From: an uncultured Spirochaetota bacterium
GTDB lineage: Bacteria > Spirochaetota > Spirochaetia > SZUA-6 > Fen-1364
Assembly (NCBI GenBank): GCA_963734545.1
Contig: CAVTHO010000008.1
Location: 32,001-96,000 of the forward strand
Length of the DNA stretch: 64,000 nucleotides
Direction of reading: 5' to 3'
Made by a program: the position numbers and the translations under genes. The notes beneath the pieces are model-generated. The model saw nothing but the letters and a program-made list of their open reading frames with translations, searched no databases and was not told the origin of the DNA. Below, piece by piece: positions 51,605 to 62,014 of this stretch (positions within the stretch are counted from its first letter, which is position 1; each line of letters opens with the position of its first letter).

Positions 51605-51877
51605 CTACCCGACGGCTTTCCGCGGGGGCCGTGTCGCCGCTTCCAGATCCGCAAGCAGCGTGAGGGCCTCCGCAGGGGACCGTCCGCACATGTCCCCCGA
51701 CGGCTGCAGCCGGAGGCACACGGCCGGCCTTTCAGCGCGACCGAAGAGGCCGCAGCGGTTATCCCAGGAGAGCTGGACGCAGCGCACCCCGGCCGGCTTC
51801 CCGTCCGGCATGCCGGGGATGGAGGAGGAAATCGAGGGCGCAATGCAGCACGCTCCGCAGCCGATCCTGCACTTCAT
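51605..51877 (-). CDS. YkgJ-family Cys-cluster protein
   Basis: MKCRIGCGACCIAPSISSSIPGMPDGKPAGVRCVQL...C..FGRAERPAVC. Confidence 0.9.
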   Translation of the reverse strand: MKCRIGCGACCIAPSISSSIPGMPDGKPAGVRCVQLSWDNRCGLFGRAERPAVCLRLQPSGDMCGRSPAEALTLLADLEAATRPPRKAVG

Positions 51878-51957
51878 AGGTCTCCCCTGAGGATATCTGA
51901 TCCGCGAAAAGGGGAACAGCCCTTGCATGACGGGAGAAAATCGACGATCCTGAGCGC

Positions 51958-52368
51958 ATGGTGCGGATCATCGTCAGCATGCTGCTGCTCGTCGTGCTCG
52001 CGGTGCTCGTTTCCTTCAATCTTGGATTTACCACATCCATCAGCCTGTTCGGCGCCCGGTTCGACCAGGTGCCGGTGATGGCCGTCGCGCTGTTGAGCTT
52101 TGCTACGGGCGTTCTCTATTCGTTGTTCCTCTACATCGGCCGGTTCCTGCACACGAAGAAGAGGGAGCACCTGGCCCGGAGGGACAAGGAAATCAGCGAA
52201 CGGGAACGCAAGCTCGCCGAGCGCGAATCCGAGAAGAGCCAGGCAGCGGTGACCGCGGCGGAAGCAGAGGTCGCGCGCGCGGCATCCCCGGAGAACACCG
52301 AAAAGTCGGGCCCTGCAAAGCGCACCTGGCGTGAACGGTTTTCCCGGTTCTTCAATCCGGACAGCTGA
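51958..52368 (+). CDS. LapA/DUF1049-like small membrane protein
   Basis: TM-N-...-P-TM followed by a charged coiled coil. Confidence 0.7.
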   Translation: MVRIIVSMLLLVVLAVLVSFNLGFTTSISLFGARFDQVPVMAVALLSFATGVLYSLFLYIGRFLHTKKREHLARRDKEISERERKLAERESEKSQAAVTAAEAEVARAASPENTEKSGPAKRTWRERFSRFFNPDS

Positions 52369-52462
52369 CCCCACGCACAAAACCTGTCAGATAAATTCGA
52401 CAGGGAAATCAACCAATCACTGACAGCTCCTTTCCCCCGCGCGTCGTATCCTTGCCTCAGGT

Positions 52463-52726
52463 ATGAAGGGAATCGCCGTGGAAAAAACGATCGCGGAATG
52501 TGCGGAGCGAATCATCACACTCCTGGCGAAGCTGGGCGAGGCGAACATCCTGCGCCTCTCCGAGCATCTCGCTGAAAGAAACGTGATCACCTACCAGGCC
52601 CTCGGTTGGCTGGCCAAGGAAGGGAGGATCAGCTATCAGCAGCTGGGAAACCAGGTATACGTCGCCCTGCACAGGGACGCACCGCCGCCTTCTGATGATT
52701 CCGCGGGTGAAAGGAGCTCACGATGA
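52463..52726 (+). CDS. Small winged-helix protein (DUF2582-like)
   Basis: 87 aa with the YQALGWLAKEGRI motif. Confidence 0.75.
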   Translation: MKGIAVEKTIAECAERIITLLAKLGEANILRLSEHLAERNVITYQALGWLAKEGRISYQQLGNQVYVALHRDAPPPSDDSAGERSSR

Positions 52727-54558
52727 ACAAGAGTCTTGTCCGCGCGGCAGGGGGTGCCGCCATCCTTCTCGTGGTCCTGCTCGCGTGCCAGACCGCGAAA
52801 CCCGTCTCGCCCGCGGAGAGCGCAATTCGGACCGAGGCCCCCGGCTTCTCGCCGAGCGGAGATTCCGATCATTCGACGCTCGGCATCGACCTGACGTACG
52901 GCAACGGGGATGCGATCAAGAGCTGGAAGGTCGAGATCACCGGCAACGGCACGACGCAGAAGAGCTGGAGCGGCGATGCGCGCTATCTCCCCGCGAATCT
53001 TCGCTGGGACGGAAAGAGCGATGCCGGCGCCATGGCGCCCGAAGGGACGTACGTGGCCGCGCTCTCGATCGAGTACGCGCAGACCTTCGAGCCGGTCACC
53101 CGGCAGAGCCAGAGCTTCGTCCTCGTCCTGACGCCTCCCACGGTGAGCATCTCGATGAATCCGCCGCAGTTCGTTCCCACCGAGAAGGGAGTCGCCGGAC
53201 CGATGACGCTCACCATAGATGCGCGCTCGTCACTCGCGAAGGTGGAGAGCTGGTCGCTGGACATCTATGATGAAGCCGGCGGGCTGTTCAAGAGCTTCAA
53301 GGGGTCATGGCCGGACGCTTCGCCGACCTGGGACGGCAGGTCCGGTGCAGGGGCGTTCGTCGTCCCGACCCAGACCTACAAGGCATTGGCGTCCGTGCAG
53401 GACGAATACGGAAACAGGGCCGATCTGAAGGCTGATATTCCGGTGGCCAGCCTCGCCATCGCAACCCCGCCTAAACCCGTCAAGAAGGAGCCGGTCGTCG
53501 CCGAGGGCAAGGTCGCCGTCGTGCCGGTGACCGAGGGATTCTCCCCCAATGGAGACAAGGTCATGGACGACATCAGCCTCGCACTCTTCTACGGGCAGCC
53601 CGCGGCGGTCAGGTCCTGGGAGCTCGATATTGCGGATTCGACGCGGGGGGTGCAAAAGACCTACAAGGGCGACGGGTCACGCCTGCCCACGAGCGTCGCC
53701 TGGGACGGCATGACCGACTCCGGCAAGGCGGCACCGGAAGGCACCTATACGGCGAGACTTTCCGTGGACTACGGGACGCTCTACAAGCCGGCCTCGGCAT
53801 CGAGCGAGGAATTCATCCTTGCCGTCACTCCTCCCACCGGGTCGATTGCGCTCTCGTCTCCCCTCTTCTCGCCGATAGAGTCTTCCGACACGATCACGCT
53901 GACGCTGGATGCGCGGGCACCTGCCGCGAAGATCGACAGCTGGTCCATGAACATCTACGATCCGGGCGGAAACATTTTCAGGAGCTTCAAGGCCGCCTGG
54001 CCCGCGAATCGGGTGGTCTGGAACGGCAAAGGGGCCAAAGGGGACATGGTCCAGTCCGCGGAGGACTATCCTGTCGTGGCAGCGATACGCGACGAGTTCG
54101 GAAATGTCGGCGAGGTGAAATCGACAATTCCCATCGACATCCTCGTGGAAAAGATGCCCAAGGGGTACAGGATCCTCGCCTCGCGCGTGTTTTTCAAAGC
54201 ATTCACGGCGGACTATGAGGATGTGTCACCTGATCTTGCCCGGCAGAACGCGGCCCGGCTGGACGCGCTTGCCAGGAAGCTGCAGAAGTTCCCCGATTAC
54301 AAGAGCAGGATCGTCGGGCACGCGGTAAAGATATTCTGGAACAATCCGACCCTCGGCGACGTGGAGGAAAGTGAGATACTCATCCCGCTTTCCAAAGCCC
54401 GGGCGGATGCGGTCAAGAAGGCCCTGGTGGACCGCGGGCTGGACGCGGCGAACCTCACCACGGACGGCGTCGGATCCTCCGATCAGCTGGTCCCGGACAG
54501 CAATATCAAGGACCGGTGGCAGAACCGCAGGGTCGCCCTGTTCCTTGAAAAAGAATAG
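52723..54558 (+). CDS. Lipoprotein with four FlgD-Ig-like repeats and a C-terminal OmpA peptidoglycan-binding domain
   Basis: Lipobox LLAC; repeated FSP...W.G...PEG.Y units; IVGHA, LSKARADAVK, NRRV. Confidence 0.88.
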   Translation: MNKSLVRAAGGAAILLVVLLACQTAKPVSPAESAIRTEAPGFSPSGDSDHSTLGIDLTYGNGDAIKSWKVEITGNGTTQKSWSGDARYLPANLRWDGKSDAGAMAPEGTYVAALSIEYAQTFEPVTRQSQSFVLVLTPPTVSISMNPPQFVPTEKGVAGPMTLTIDARSSLAKVESWSLDIYDEAGGLFKSFKGSWPDASPTWDGRSGAGAFVVPTQTYKALASVQDEYGNRADLKADIPVASLAIATPPKPVKKEPVVAEGKVAVVPVTEGFSPNGDKVMDDISLALFYGQPAAVRSWELDIADSTRGVQKTYKGDGSRLPTSVAWDGMTDSGKAAPEGTYTARLSVDYGTLYKPASASSEEFILAVTPPTGSIALSSPLFSPIESSDTITLTLDARAPAAKIDSWSMNIYDPGGNIFRSFKAAWPANRVVWNGKGAKGDMVQSAEDYPVVAAIRDEFGNVGEVKSTIPIDILVEKMPKGYRILASRVFFKAFTADYEDVSPDLARQNAARLDALARKLQKFPDYKSRIVGHAVKIFWNNPTLGDVEESEILIPLSKARADAVKKALVDRGLDAANLTTDGVGSSDQLVPDSNIKDRWQNRRVALFLEKE

Positions 54559-54681
54559 CGCAGGCCTCCTTCCTTTCAGTTTCCTCTCCTTTGTCCCCGG
54601 CTCTCCGCAGCCGGGGACTCTTTTCCGGCACAACCCTTGCGGCGCGCGCTTCGGAGATGCACTATGCGTGGTGGGAATGAC

Positions 54682-57197
54682 ATGCGCGAATCATTCAAAG
54701 AGCTCCTGAAGAGACCGCTCGTCAGATACCTGTCCGGAGTGGTCGCTGTCGGGCTGGCATTCCTCCTGCAGAGAAGCCCTGTCCCTCTGGACAGGTCCCG
54801 ATTTTCCGGAATACCTCGTCTTCTACCCCACCGTCATGATCATCGCCCTGCTGGCAGGCTTCTGGCCGGCGCTGTGCGCCATCGCGGCAGCGGCCGCCAT
54901 GATCGCCGGCTACTGGATCCTCCCCTGGCATGCTTCTCTCTCCGCCCCGAGGATCTCCAATTTCATCGGGCTCGGCCTCTTTGTCGTCGTCTGCGCGTTC
55001 CTCAGCGTGGTCGCCGAGCTCTACCGCCGCAGCCGGCAAAAGGCCGCCGCATACGACAAAGAGCAGGCATTGAGAGAGAGCCAGGAAGCGCTGCGCCGGC
55101 AGGCGGAGCTGCTGAAGCTCTCTTTCGACGCGATCATCGTCTGGCGGACGGACGGGCGCATCGAAAGCTGGAATCGCGGAGCGGAGGAGCTGTACGGCTT
55201 CTCGGAGAGCGAGGCGAGTGGGCAGCGTGGTGCACGAGCTCCTCGATACGCCGGACACGGCAGCGAAGCTGGATTTCGAGGGCCTGGTGCGCGCGGGGGA
55301 CAATGGGAAGGTGAGCTTCGCCACCGCACCAAGGACGATCGCGAGGTAATCGTCTCTTCCCGCCTGCAGATCGGCCGCGGCTTCGACGGCGGAGAGCGCG
55401 TCCTGGAGATCGACCGCGATATCACCGACCGCATACGGGCCCGGGAAGATCTTCAGAGAGCGCACGACGAGCTCGAGGAAAAGGTCCTGCAGCGAACCTC
55501 CGATCTGCAGAGGGCCAACCGGATGCTGCGGATGGTCAGCGCATGCGACCAGGCACTGGTGGAAATCTCCGATGAGCTCGAGCTGATGCACGTCATCTGC
55601 CAGATCATACAGGACGAGGGCGGCTACCGACTGGTGTGGGTGGGACTGGCGGAGGATGACGGCGCGCGGTGCATCCGGTGCGTGGCCTCAGCGGGGGACC
55701 ACGACGGCTTTCTGGAAAGCCTCCGCCTGACCGGAGAACGGCGGCTCGATCAGCCCCGGGTCGATCGGCAGCGCGATTGAAACAGGCCTGCCCGTCATCA
55801 GCGGCGATATCTCGCTTCTCCCGGAGAGCGAGCCGTGGCGGGACGACGCTTTGAGAAGAGGGTTCCGCTCCATGGCGTCTCTGCCCCTGATGAGCGTTCC
55901 GAAACCCGCCTTCGGCGCGCTCGTGATCTATTCCGACCAGCAGGGGGGGTTCGAACCGAATCAGGTCAACCTCCTGAAGGAGCTCGTCGACGATCTCGCC
56001 TTCGGTCTTACCTCCCTTCGTGCCCGGGCGGAACGCGACCAGGCCCGGCAGAACCTCGAGACAAAGGCCTCCCAGCTTCAGATTCTCGCCGGGGAGCTGG
56101 TCCGGACGGAGCAGCGGGAACGGAGAAGGATCGCGCAGCTCCTGCACGACCAGCTCCAGCAGCTGCTCGCCGCGGCGCTCTACGGCCTGGTGAGCCTCCG
56201 CCCGGCGCAGAAAACTCCGAAGTTTCAGGATGATTTGACGAAGATCAGCGACCTGCTGCGGGAATGCATCGAGATGTCCCGGTCACTCACGTCGGAGCTC
56301 AGCCATCCGGCCCTCTCGGAGCCCGACCTGCGCGCGGCGCTCGAATGGCTGGCGGCATGGATGAAGGAAAAGCACGGCCTGGAGGTGGAGGTGGAAGCGG
56401 CGCAGGCCGTTTCAGTGGAGGCCGAGGAAACGCGCATCATGCTCGTCCAGGCGGTCCGCGAGCTGCTCTTCAACGTGGCGAAGCATTCCGGCGTCACGCG
56501 CGCCCGGGTGCGGCTGACCGTGTCCGAGGATGATCGCGTGCTCATCACGGTCAGCGATGAAGGGGTGGGCTTCGACGCAGCCAGCATTCGGCCGATCGGC
56601 AGCGCCACGAGCGGCATCGGGCTCTTCAGTATTCGCGAGAGACTGGCGCTTGCGGGCGGAGGCATGGAAATGGACAGCTCTCCGGGCACGGGCAGCCGAT
56701 TCACCGTGTGGGTGCCTTCCCCGCAGCCGGTTCCCGTCGAGGAAGATACAACGCCGCAGAGCGCGATAAAGGCCCGCCCGCCACGGGCAGGCGCCAGAGG
56801 CGGGCATGCATCTGGAAAGATCAGGGTCGTGCTGGTGGACGACCACGCGGTGGTGAGAAACGGCCTTGCGCTGCAGCTCAACGCGCAGCCGGATATCGAA
56901 ATTGCCGGCGAGGCGGCCGACGGCAAATCCGCCATCAGGATCGTGCGCCGCATCCGACCGGACGTCGTGACAATGGACGTCAGCATGCCGGGAATGGGCG
57001 GCATCGAGGCGGCGCGTGTGATCCACGCGGAGTTCCCCGACATGAGCATCATCGGGTTGTCCATGTTCGAGGAGGCCAAGCAGGCCGCGGCGATGCGCGA
57101 AGCAGGGGCGGTGGGCTACCTTTCCAAGAGCGCGTCATTCGACAGCCTGCTCGACGCAATCCGCTCGTGCGCACGGAAGACGCAGGAAAAGGCCTGA
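54682..57197 (+). CDS. Hybrid sensor kinase: DUF4118-like TM region, PAS, GAF, HisKA_3/HATPase, receiver (frameshifted)
   Basis: TM block; DAII..IESWNRGAEELYG PAS; ERRRIAQLLHD, ELLFNVAKHS, DEGVGF, GIGL; VLVDDH...MDVSMP receiver. Confidence 0.88.
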
Positions 57198-57199
57198 CG

Positions 57200-57832
57200 A
57201 TGCTGCATGTCATCCTGTGTGACGATCATCCCATCTTCCGGGAAGGCTTGAAGAAGATCCTCCTCCCTCATTCCGACATCAAGGTGGACGCGGAGGCCGG
57301 AAGCGGCGCCGAGCTCATGCAGAAGATCGAGGGCAGGCGCTTCGACGTTCTCATCCTGGACATCAGCCTGAAGGACATGAACGGCCTCGACGTGGTGAAG
57401 GCGCTCCAGGCGTCGGGCAACAGGACCGCGATCCTCATCCTGAGCATGCACCCGGAAGAGCACTATGCGCTCCGGGCGCTCAAGGCAGGTGCGGCGGGAT
57501 ACCTGCAGAAAGAGAGCGTGCCGGAAGAGCTGGTCAACGCGATCCGCAAGATTGCCAAAGGCGGAAAGTACGTGACTCCCTCATTGGCCGAACGACTCGC
57601 GTACCAGCTCGAGCCGAACACCGAAAAGGCGCCGCACGAGCTCTTGTCGGACCGGGAATACCAGGTGCTGTGTCTCCTGGCAGCAGGGAGAGGCGTGAAG
57701 GAAATCGCCGCGGAGCTCGCCCTGAGCCCTCCCACCGTTGCGACCTACCGTTCACGCATCCTGACCAAGCTCAATCTTTCCACCACGGTCGATCTTGTCC
57801 GCTACGCGCTCAGGTACGGACTCGTACAGTAG
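57200..57832 (+). CDS. NarL/LuxR-family response regulator
   Basis: LCDDHPIFREG, LDISL, LSDREYQVL...TVATYRSRILTKL. Confidence 0.95.
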   Translation: MLHVILCDDHPIFREGLKKILLPHSDIKVDAEAGSGAELMQKIEGRRFDVLILDISLKDMNGLDVVKALQASGNRTAILILSMHPEEHYALRALKAGAAGYLQKESVPEELVNAIRKIAKGGKYVTPSLAERLAYQLEPNTEKAPHELLSDREYQVLCLLAAGRGVKEIAAELALSPPTVATYRSRILTKLNLSTTVDLVRYALRYGLVQ

Positions 57833-57843
57833 CCTTCCCCGGC

Positions 57844-58650
57844 CTAAGAGATGAGTCGATCCAGGCTCGACAGGCGGTCGACAATGGCGTCAGGCCGAGC
57901 ACGGGCGCCGTCGATCGGGCGCTGCATCCGCCCGTCTCCCGCCGCGAGAACCGTCATAAAGCCGGCGCGTCGCGCTGCTGCCACGTCGTTGAGGGGATCA
58001 TTACCGACCATGACGGCTTCTTGCGCGGGGATCCCGAGTCTGCCCAAACGCCTCTTTGCCAGCTCGTAAAGCTCGGGGCCGGGCTTCCCCGCGCGATGCC
58101 GGTAGGAATAGAGACAGAGCGATGGATGGAATCCCAGTTCCTCGAGCGTGCATGCAAAAAAGGCCTGAAAGAAAAGCGGCGTGTAGAACTGGGCGTTCGA
58201 CACGAGGCCGAGCCGTACCCCGCGACCGGCAATGGCGGCAATCACCCCTCGGCAGCCGGGCATTGGCCAGCACGAATGCGCGGCAAGCTCGTAGCCGACT
58301 GCAAGACGGCGCAGCTCTCCATCGGAACGGCCGGGGAATAGTCCACCCCAGATTCGTTCGATCCGCACCTCCGGAAAGGCAATGCCGCGCGCCCGCAACT
58401 GCTCGTGTCGCGCGGCCACCGCCCGCCCAAGGCTGTCCGATAGCTGCGCGGGAGTGAGGTGAAGGCCGTTCCTGCGGATGAAGGCCTCTATGGCCCGGTC
58501 GGCTCGCGGCACCTGCAGAAAGAGGGTGCCATAGACGTCGAAGAGAACGGCCCGCGGCTCCCGAGGCAGGGATCCCGAGCAGGGAATACCTGGGGGAACG
58601 AACCTGAGACGGCGCGAGTTTTTCCTGATGAGACCGACGAGGGGATCCAA
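57844..58650 (-). CDS. HAD-family hydrolase
   Basis: LFDVYGTL, VSNAQFYT, GKP, MVGNDPLND. Confidence 0.9.
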   Translation of the reverse strand: MDPLVGLIRKNSRRLRFVPPGIPCSGSLPREPRAVLFDVYGTLFLQVPRADRAIEAFIRRNGLHLTPAQLSDSLGRAVAARHEQLRARGIAFPEVRIERIWGGLFPGRSDGELRRLAVGYELAAHSCWPMPGCRGVIAAIAGRGVRLGLVSNAQFYTPLFFQAFFACTLEELGFHPSLCLYSYRHRAGKPGPELYELAKRRLGRLGIPAQEAVMVGNDPLNDVAAARRAGFMTVLAAGDGRMQRPIDGARARPDAIVDRLSSLDRLIS

Positions 58651-58657
58651 CGCCGCC

Positions 58658-60070
58658 TCAGCGGAATGCGATCATCCTGAATCGCTCAGGCCTGAGGAAC
58701 TGGTCCAGAAGCTCCTTCTTATCCACCCTCTGCCGCACGAGCCGGTTCATGCAACCGTGATAGCACTCCAGGAGCGTCTGCGCATATCGCCGGGGGCCGA
58801 ACTCCGCTTCTATCACCAAGCGGTTGTATTCGAGAAGGGATGGATCCGTTTCCGCGAGGGAACCTCGAATCCGATCCAGCTCCTGATTGCTCGCAAGAAG
58901 CTCGCGCGCGAATCCCGCGTCGGTCAGCACGGTGTCCAGCACCTCGCGTTGAGACTGCTCGTCAAGCGCGGCGAAATCCATACGACCGCCGTGTGTCATT
59001 GCGTCCCATGCACCTCCTATCGCCGAATCCGTCGGCTCTCGATTGAACGAGCGGAATGCCGCGCGCAGACCATCGCGCCATCGCTCGCGGAAAGAAGGAG
59101 CATCAAAGCACTCGAGGGGAACGGAAAGGGAGAGATACAGATAGGGCAGGCGGATCCCCGCACTCTCAAAATCGTGGCAAACGTGCTCCAGCCTCCGCCC
59201 CGCGGTAGGGAGACCTGCAGTCCAGGGTTCCAGGAACGCGAACCCGAAGCCTTCGTTGACGCTGGTGCTGATGGCGGCGTCGGATTCTCCCATCAAGTCT
59301 TCCAACGTGCTGTGGATACCCTGATCGAACCGGACCGGAAGCTCGCGCCTTGTCGCGTACCGCCTCCAATCGTCGTATCGCATGAGATCGTCCGGGTTGC
59401 GGGGGGGGAGCGTCACGGTGAGGTCCGCCTCGAAAAGCGCTCCCAGCAGGAGCGCTTCGCCTACGTTTTTCCGCCGAATGCCCCGTACCGGATAAAGAAG
59501 AGAGAGGCGGCTTTTTCCGCCCCGGCGAGCGGGGATCTGGGGAAGGGACCGGACCGTGTTGAATATCAAGTGCACCGCGTCGGGGCGCAAACCTGCGGCT
59601 ACCAGCGCGTCTCGATCGCGGGAATTGATGGCCACATAGTGGCAATCGGCCGGATACTCTTCTACTGCGTAGTAGGCTGACGGCCTGCCGTCCTCAGCCA
59701 GATCGTGAATCTGGGGGAGGAGCTGGATCCCCATTTCCTGCAAATGGCGAAGGATCGCCGGAAGCTGGGAGTTCTTGTTCAATGTAGGGTTGTGGACGTG
59801 GAGCACGTCCGCCAGTCGGCCCCACGTGCGCAACATTTCTTTCGCCACTTCCTCAGCGATACTCTTTGGGGGCTGCCCGGATACGGGCGCATACCCGAGT
59901 CCCGGAACCACTGAAATGGATGCGGGAAAATCCTCGCGCTGCGTTTCGGAGGCCGGCTCCCCCGTGAGCACGATTGATTGTACGCTGCGCCCGAGCGCCT
60001 CGGCTTGAGCACGGATGACGGAGGTGACGCCGCCGGCACGCAAGTGATAGTGCATAAAAGCAATGCGCAT
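58658..60070 (-). CDS. GT-B (GT4-like) glycosyltransferase
   Basis: MRIAFMHYHLRAGGVTSVI, HVHNPTLNKN, YPVRGIRRKN, EGFGFAFLEPW. Confidence 0.88.
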   Translation of the reverse strand: MRIAFMHYHLRAGGVTSVIRAQAEALGRSVQSIVLTGEPASETQREDFPASISVVPGLGYAPVSGQPPKSIAEEVAKEMLRTWGRLADVLHVHNPTLNKNSQLPAILRHLQEMGIQLLPQIHDLAEDGRPSAYYAVEEYPADCHYVAINSRDRDALVAAGLRPDAVHLIFNTVRSLPQIPARRGGKSRLSLLYPVRGIRRKNVGEALLLGALFEADLTVTLPPRNPDDLMRYDDWRRYATRRELPVRFDQGIHSTLEDLMGESDAAISTSVNEGFGFAFLEPWTAGLPTAGRRLEHVCHDFESAGIRLPYLYLSLSVPLECFDAPSFRERWRDGLRAAFRSFNREPTDSAIGGAWDAMTHGGRMDFAALDEQSQREVLDTVLTDAGFARELLASNQELDRIRGSLAETDPSLLEYNRLVIEAEFGPRRYAQTLLECYHGCMNRLVRQRVDKKELLDQFLRPERFRMIAFR

Positions 60071-60214
60071 GACGCTCCTATCGTAGCGGCAAGCAGCTTT
60101 CGGTTCCAGAGGGTGGGTACGGCGCGTGCGCCGCAGGAGGGATGCCGGGTCGACTGCGTCCACACGCCCGCGGCCCCCCGCCCTTGTTGCAGCGACGGCA
60201 GCGAATCTGCTTGA

Positions 60215-61933
60215 ATGAGTGCGATGGGATTCTCCCTCTCCTCCCTCCGGCGGATACCGGAAAATACGCGCGGGATCCTCAACTCCGTTCTTTACGCCGT
60301 CGCCGCTGCGGGATCGGCGGTCGCATTCCTGTGGCTGACCAACATCCTGTTTCGGGCGACGATCGAACGCCTGGCATCAGGATCACTGCTCGTCTTCGTG
60401 CTAGGAAGCCTTGGCGTCATCAGCAGCACGTCGATCATCGCGGGCCTCCTCATGACCCGGGTCAGTCCGGAATCCGCCGGAAGCGGCGTACCTCAGCTCA
60501 AGGCTGCTTACTGGAAGGACCTGGGGTTCGTCAGGCTGCGCTCCGTCATCGTGAAATTCGCAGGTGGAGTGCTTACTCTGGGAGGAGGCACGAGCCTCGG
60601 CCGTGAAGGCCCGTCGGTGTACGTAGGTGGAGGCGTGGCATCGAGCCTCTCCGCGGTGATCGGGGTTCCGAAGACCGGCCGCCGATCCGCTTCCGCAACA
60701 GGCGCCGCTGCCGCTCTTGCGGCGGCTTTCAACACGCCGCTGGCCGCCATCACGTTCGTGCTGGAGGAGATGCTCAACAATGAGTTCGGCAGCCGGGTGC
60801 TTGGCAGCGTGGTTCTTGCAGCCGTAACGGGTGCCCTGGTCGTGCAGGCATTCCTCGGCCGGCAGCCGGCGTTCTCCCTGCCCGCCGTGGAAGGCGTGAC
60901 GTGGCTGATGTACCTGATCCTGCCGATTGTCGCGACGGTTGCGTCGCTGATCGGCGTGGCGTTCCAGAGGCTGACCCTGATCCTGCGCGCCCGGGTGCGG
61001 GACCGCAGCCCGCTGCCTGCATGGCTTCGTCCCCTCTGTGGAGCGCTGGTGACATGGGCTCTTGGCTGCGCGGTCTACGTCGTCACCGGGCATACCGGAG
61101 TATTCGGGCTGGGGTACAATGACCTGTCCCTTGCCCTCACCGGCAACCTGCTCTGGCAGGCCGCCGGGCTCCTTGTCGTGGCCAAGTTCGCGGCCACCGT
61201 TGCATCGTATGCCTGGGGAGGCTGCGGGGGAATATTCTCCCCTACCCTGTTTCTCGGGGGACTGACAGGTTTGTTCCTCGCCGGGGTCGCGGGTATCTGG
61301 ATCCCGCTCACGGCCGCAGACAGGATCGTCCTGGCGGCCGTCGGCATGAGCGCGTGCTTCAACGCGGTCGTACGCGCGCCCCTTACGGCGCTTCTGATCG
61401 TCTTCGAGATGACTCACCAGTTCTCCATGGTCCCCGCGCTCATGTTCTGCTCCATCGTCAGCCAGGCAATTGCCCGGATCGGCGGCCGTCACAACTTCTA
61501 CGACGCTCTTCTCCTGCAGGATGGCCATGAGCTCATCCGCATCAAGCCGCCGCGTGACCTCGAGAGTTGGCAAAAGCTCCCCGTGTCCGAGATTGCGCAC
61601 ACGCGCCCCGTCATTCTCCCCAACCTGGAACGCCCTACTATCCAGACCTTCCTGGAATCCTACCCTTACGCCCGGTTCCCTGTTGTCACGAAAGGCGCGA
61701 TCGACGGAATCGCAAGCCGTCAGGATCTGAAATCCGCCCTTGCGTCGAATGCGGTCCCGCGGCTGACAACCCCGGTGCTGTGCGCTCCGCACATGAGCGT
61801 TCGCGAAGTCGGGACCCTCCTGATGGAAAGCGCATCGGGAATGGTCCTGATACGGGGGGATTCGACAGGAGATATCGAGTCGGTCGTGACCCTGCATGAC
61901 CTGCTCCGCGCCCAAGCGGCACTCTCAGAGTAG
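60215..61933 (+). CDS. ClC-family chloride/proton antiporter with CBS domains
   Basis: GSGVP, LGREGP, FNTPL, GGIFSP signatures; C-terminal CBS pair. Confidence 0.94.
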   Translation: MSAMGFSLSSLRRIPENTRGILNSVLYAVAAAGSAVAFLWLTNILFRATIERLASGSLLVFVLGSLGVISSTSIIAGLLMTRVSPESAGSGVPQLKAAYWKDLGFVRLRSVIVKFAGGVLTLGGGTSLGREGPSVYVGGGVASSLSAVIGVPKTGRRSASATGAAAALAAAFNTPLAAITFVLEEMLNNEFGSRVLGSVVLAAVTGALVVQAFLGRQPAFSLPAVEGVTWLMYLILPIVATVASLIGVAFQRLTLILRARVRDRSPLPAWLRPLCGALVTWALGCAVYVVTGHTGVFGLGYNDLSLALTGNLLWQAAGLLVVAKFAATVASYAWGGCGGIFSPTLFLGGLTGLFLAGVAGIWIPLTAADRIVLAAVGMSACFNAVVRAPLTALLIVFEMTHQFSMVPALMFCSIVSQAIARIGGRHNFYDALLLQDGHELIRIKPPRDLESWQKLPVSEIAHTRPVILPNLERPTIQTFLESYPYARFPVVTKGAIDGIASRQDLKSALASNAVPRLTTPVLCAPHMSVREVGTLLMESASGMVLIRGDSTGDIESVVTLHDLLRAQAALSE

Positions 61934-62014
61934 AGACACCGCCGGCTTTGACAACCATGGTGACGGGAGCTATGATCGGCTTCGGCCCGAGGACGGATCC
62001 GAGGGAGGCGCCAG

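Noticed and set aside
51413-51608. CRISPR array interpretation of the tandem repeat
   Set aside because: There are no unique spacers (units 2 and 3 are identical end to end) and no cas genes in the window.
52723-54558. FSPNGD motif suggesting a type IX secretion substrate
   Set aside because: The motif is internal to Ig-like repeats of a lipoprotein that ends in an OmpA domain, an architecture common in spirochaetes. It is not a C-terminal sorting signal.
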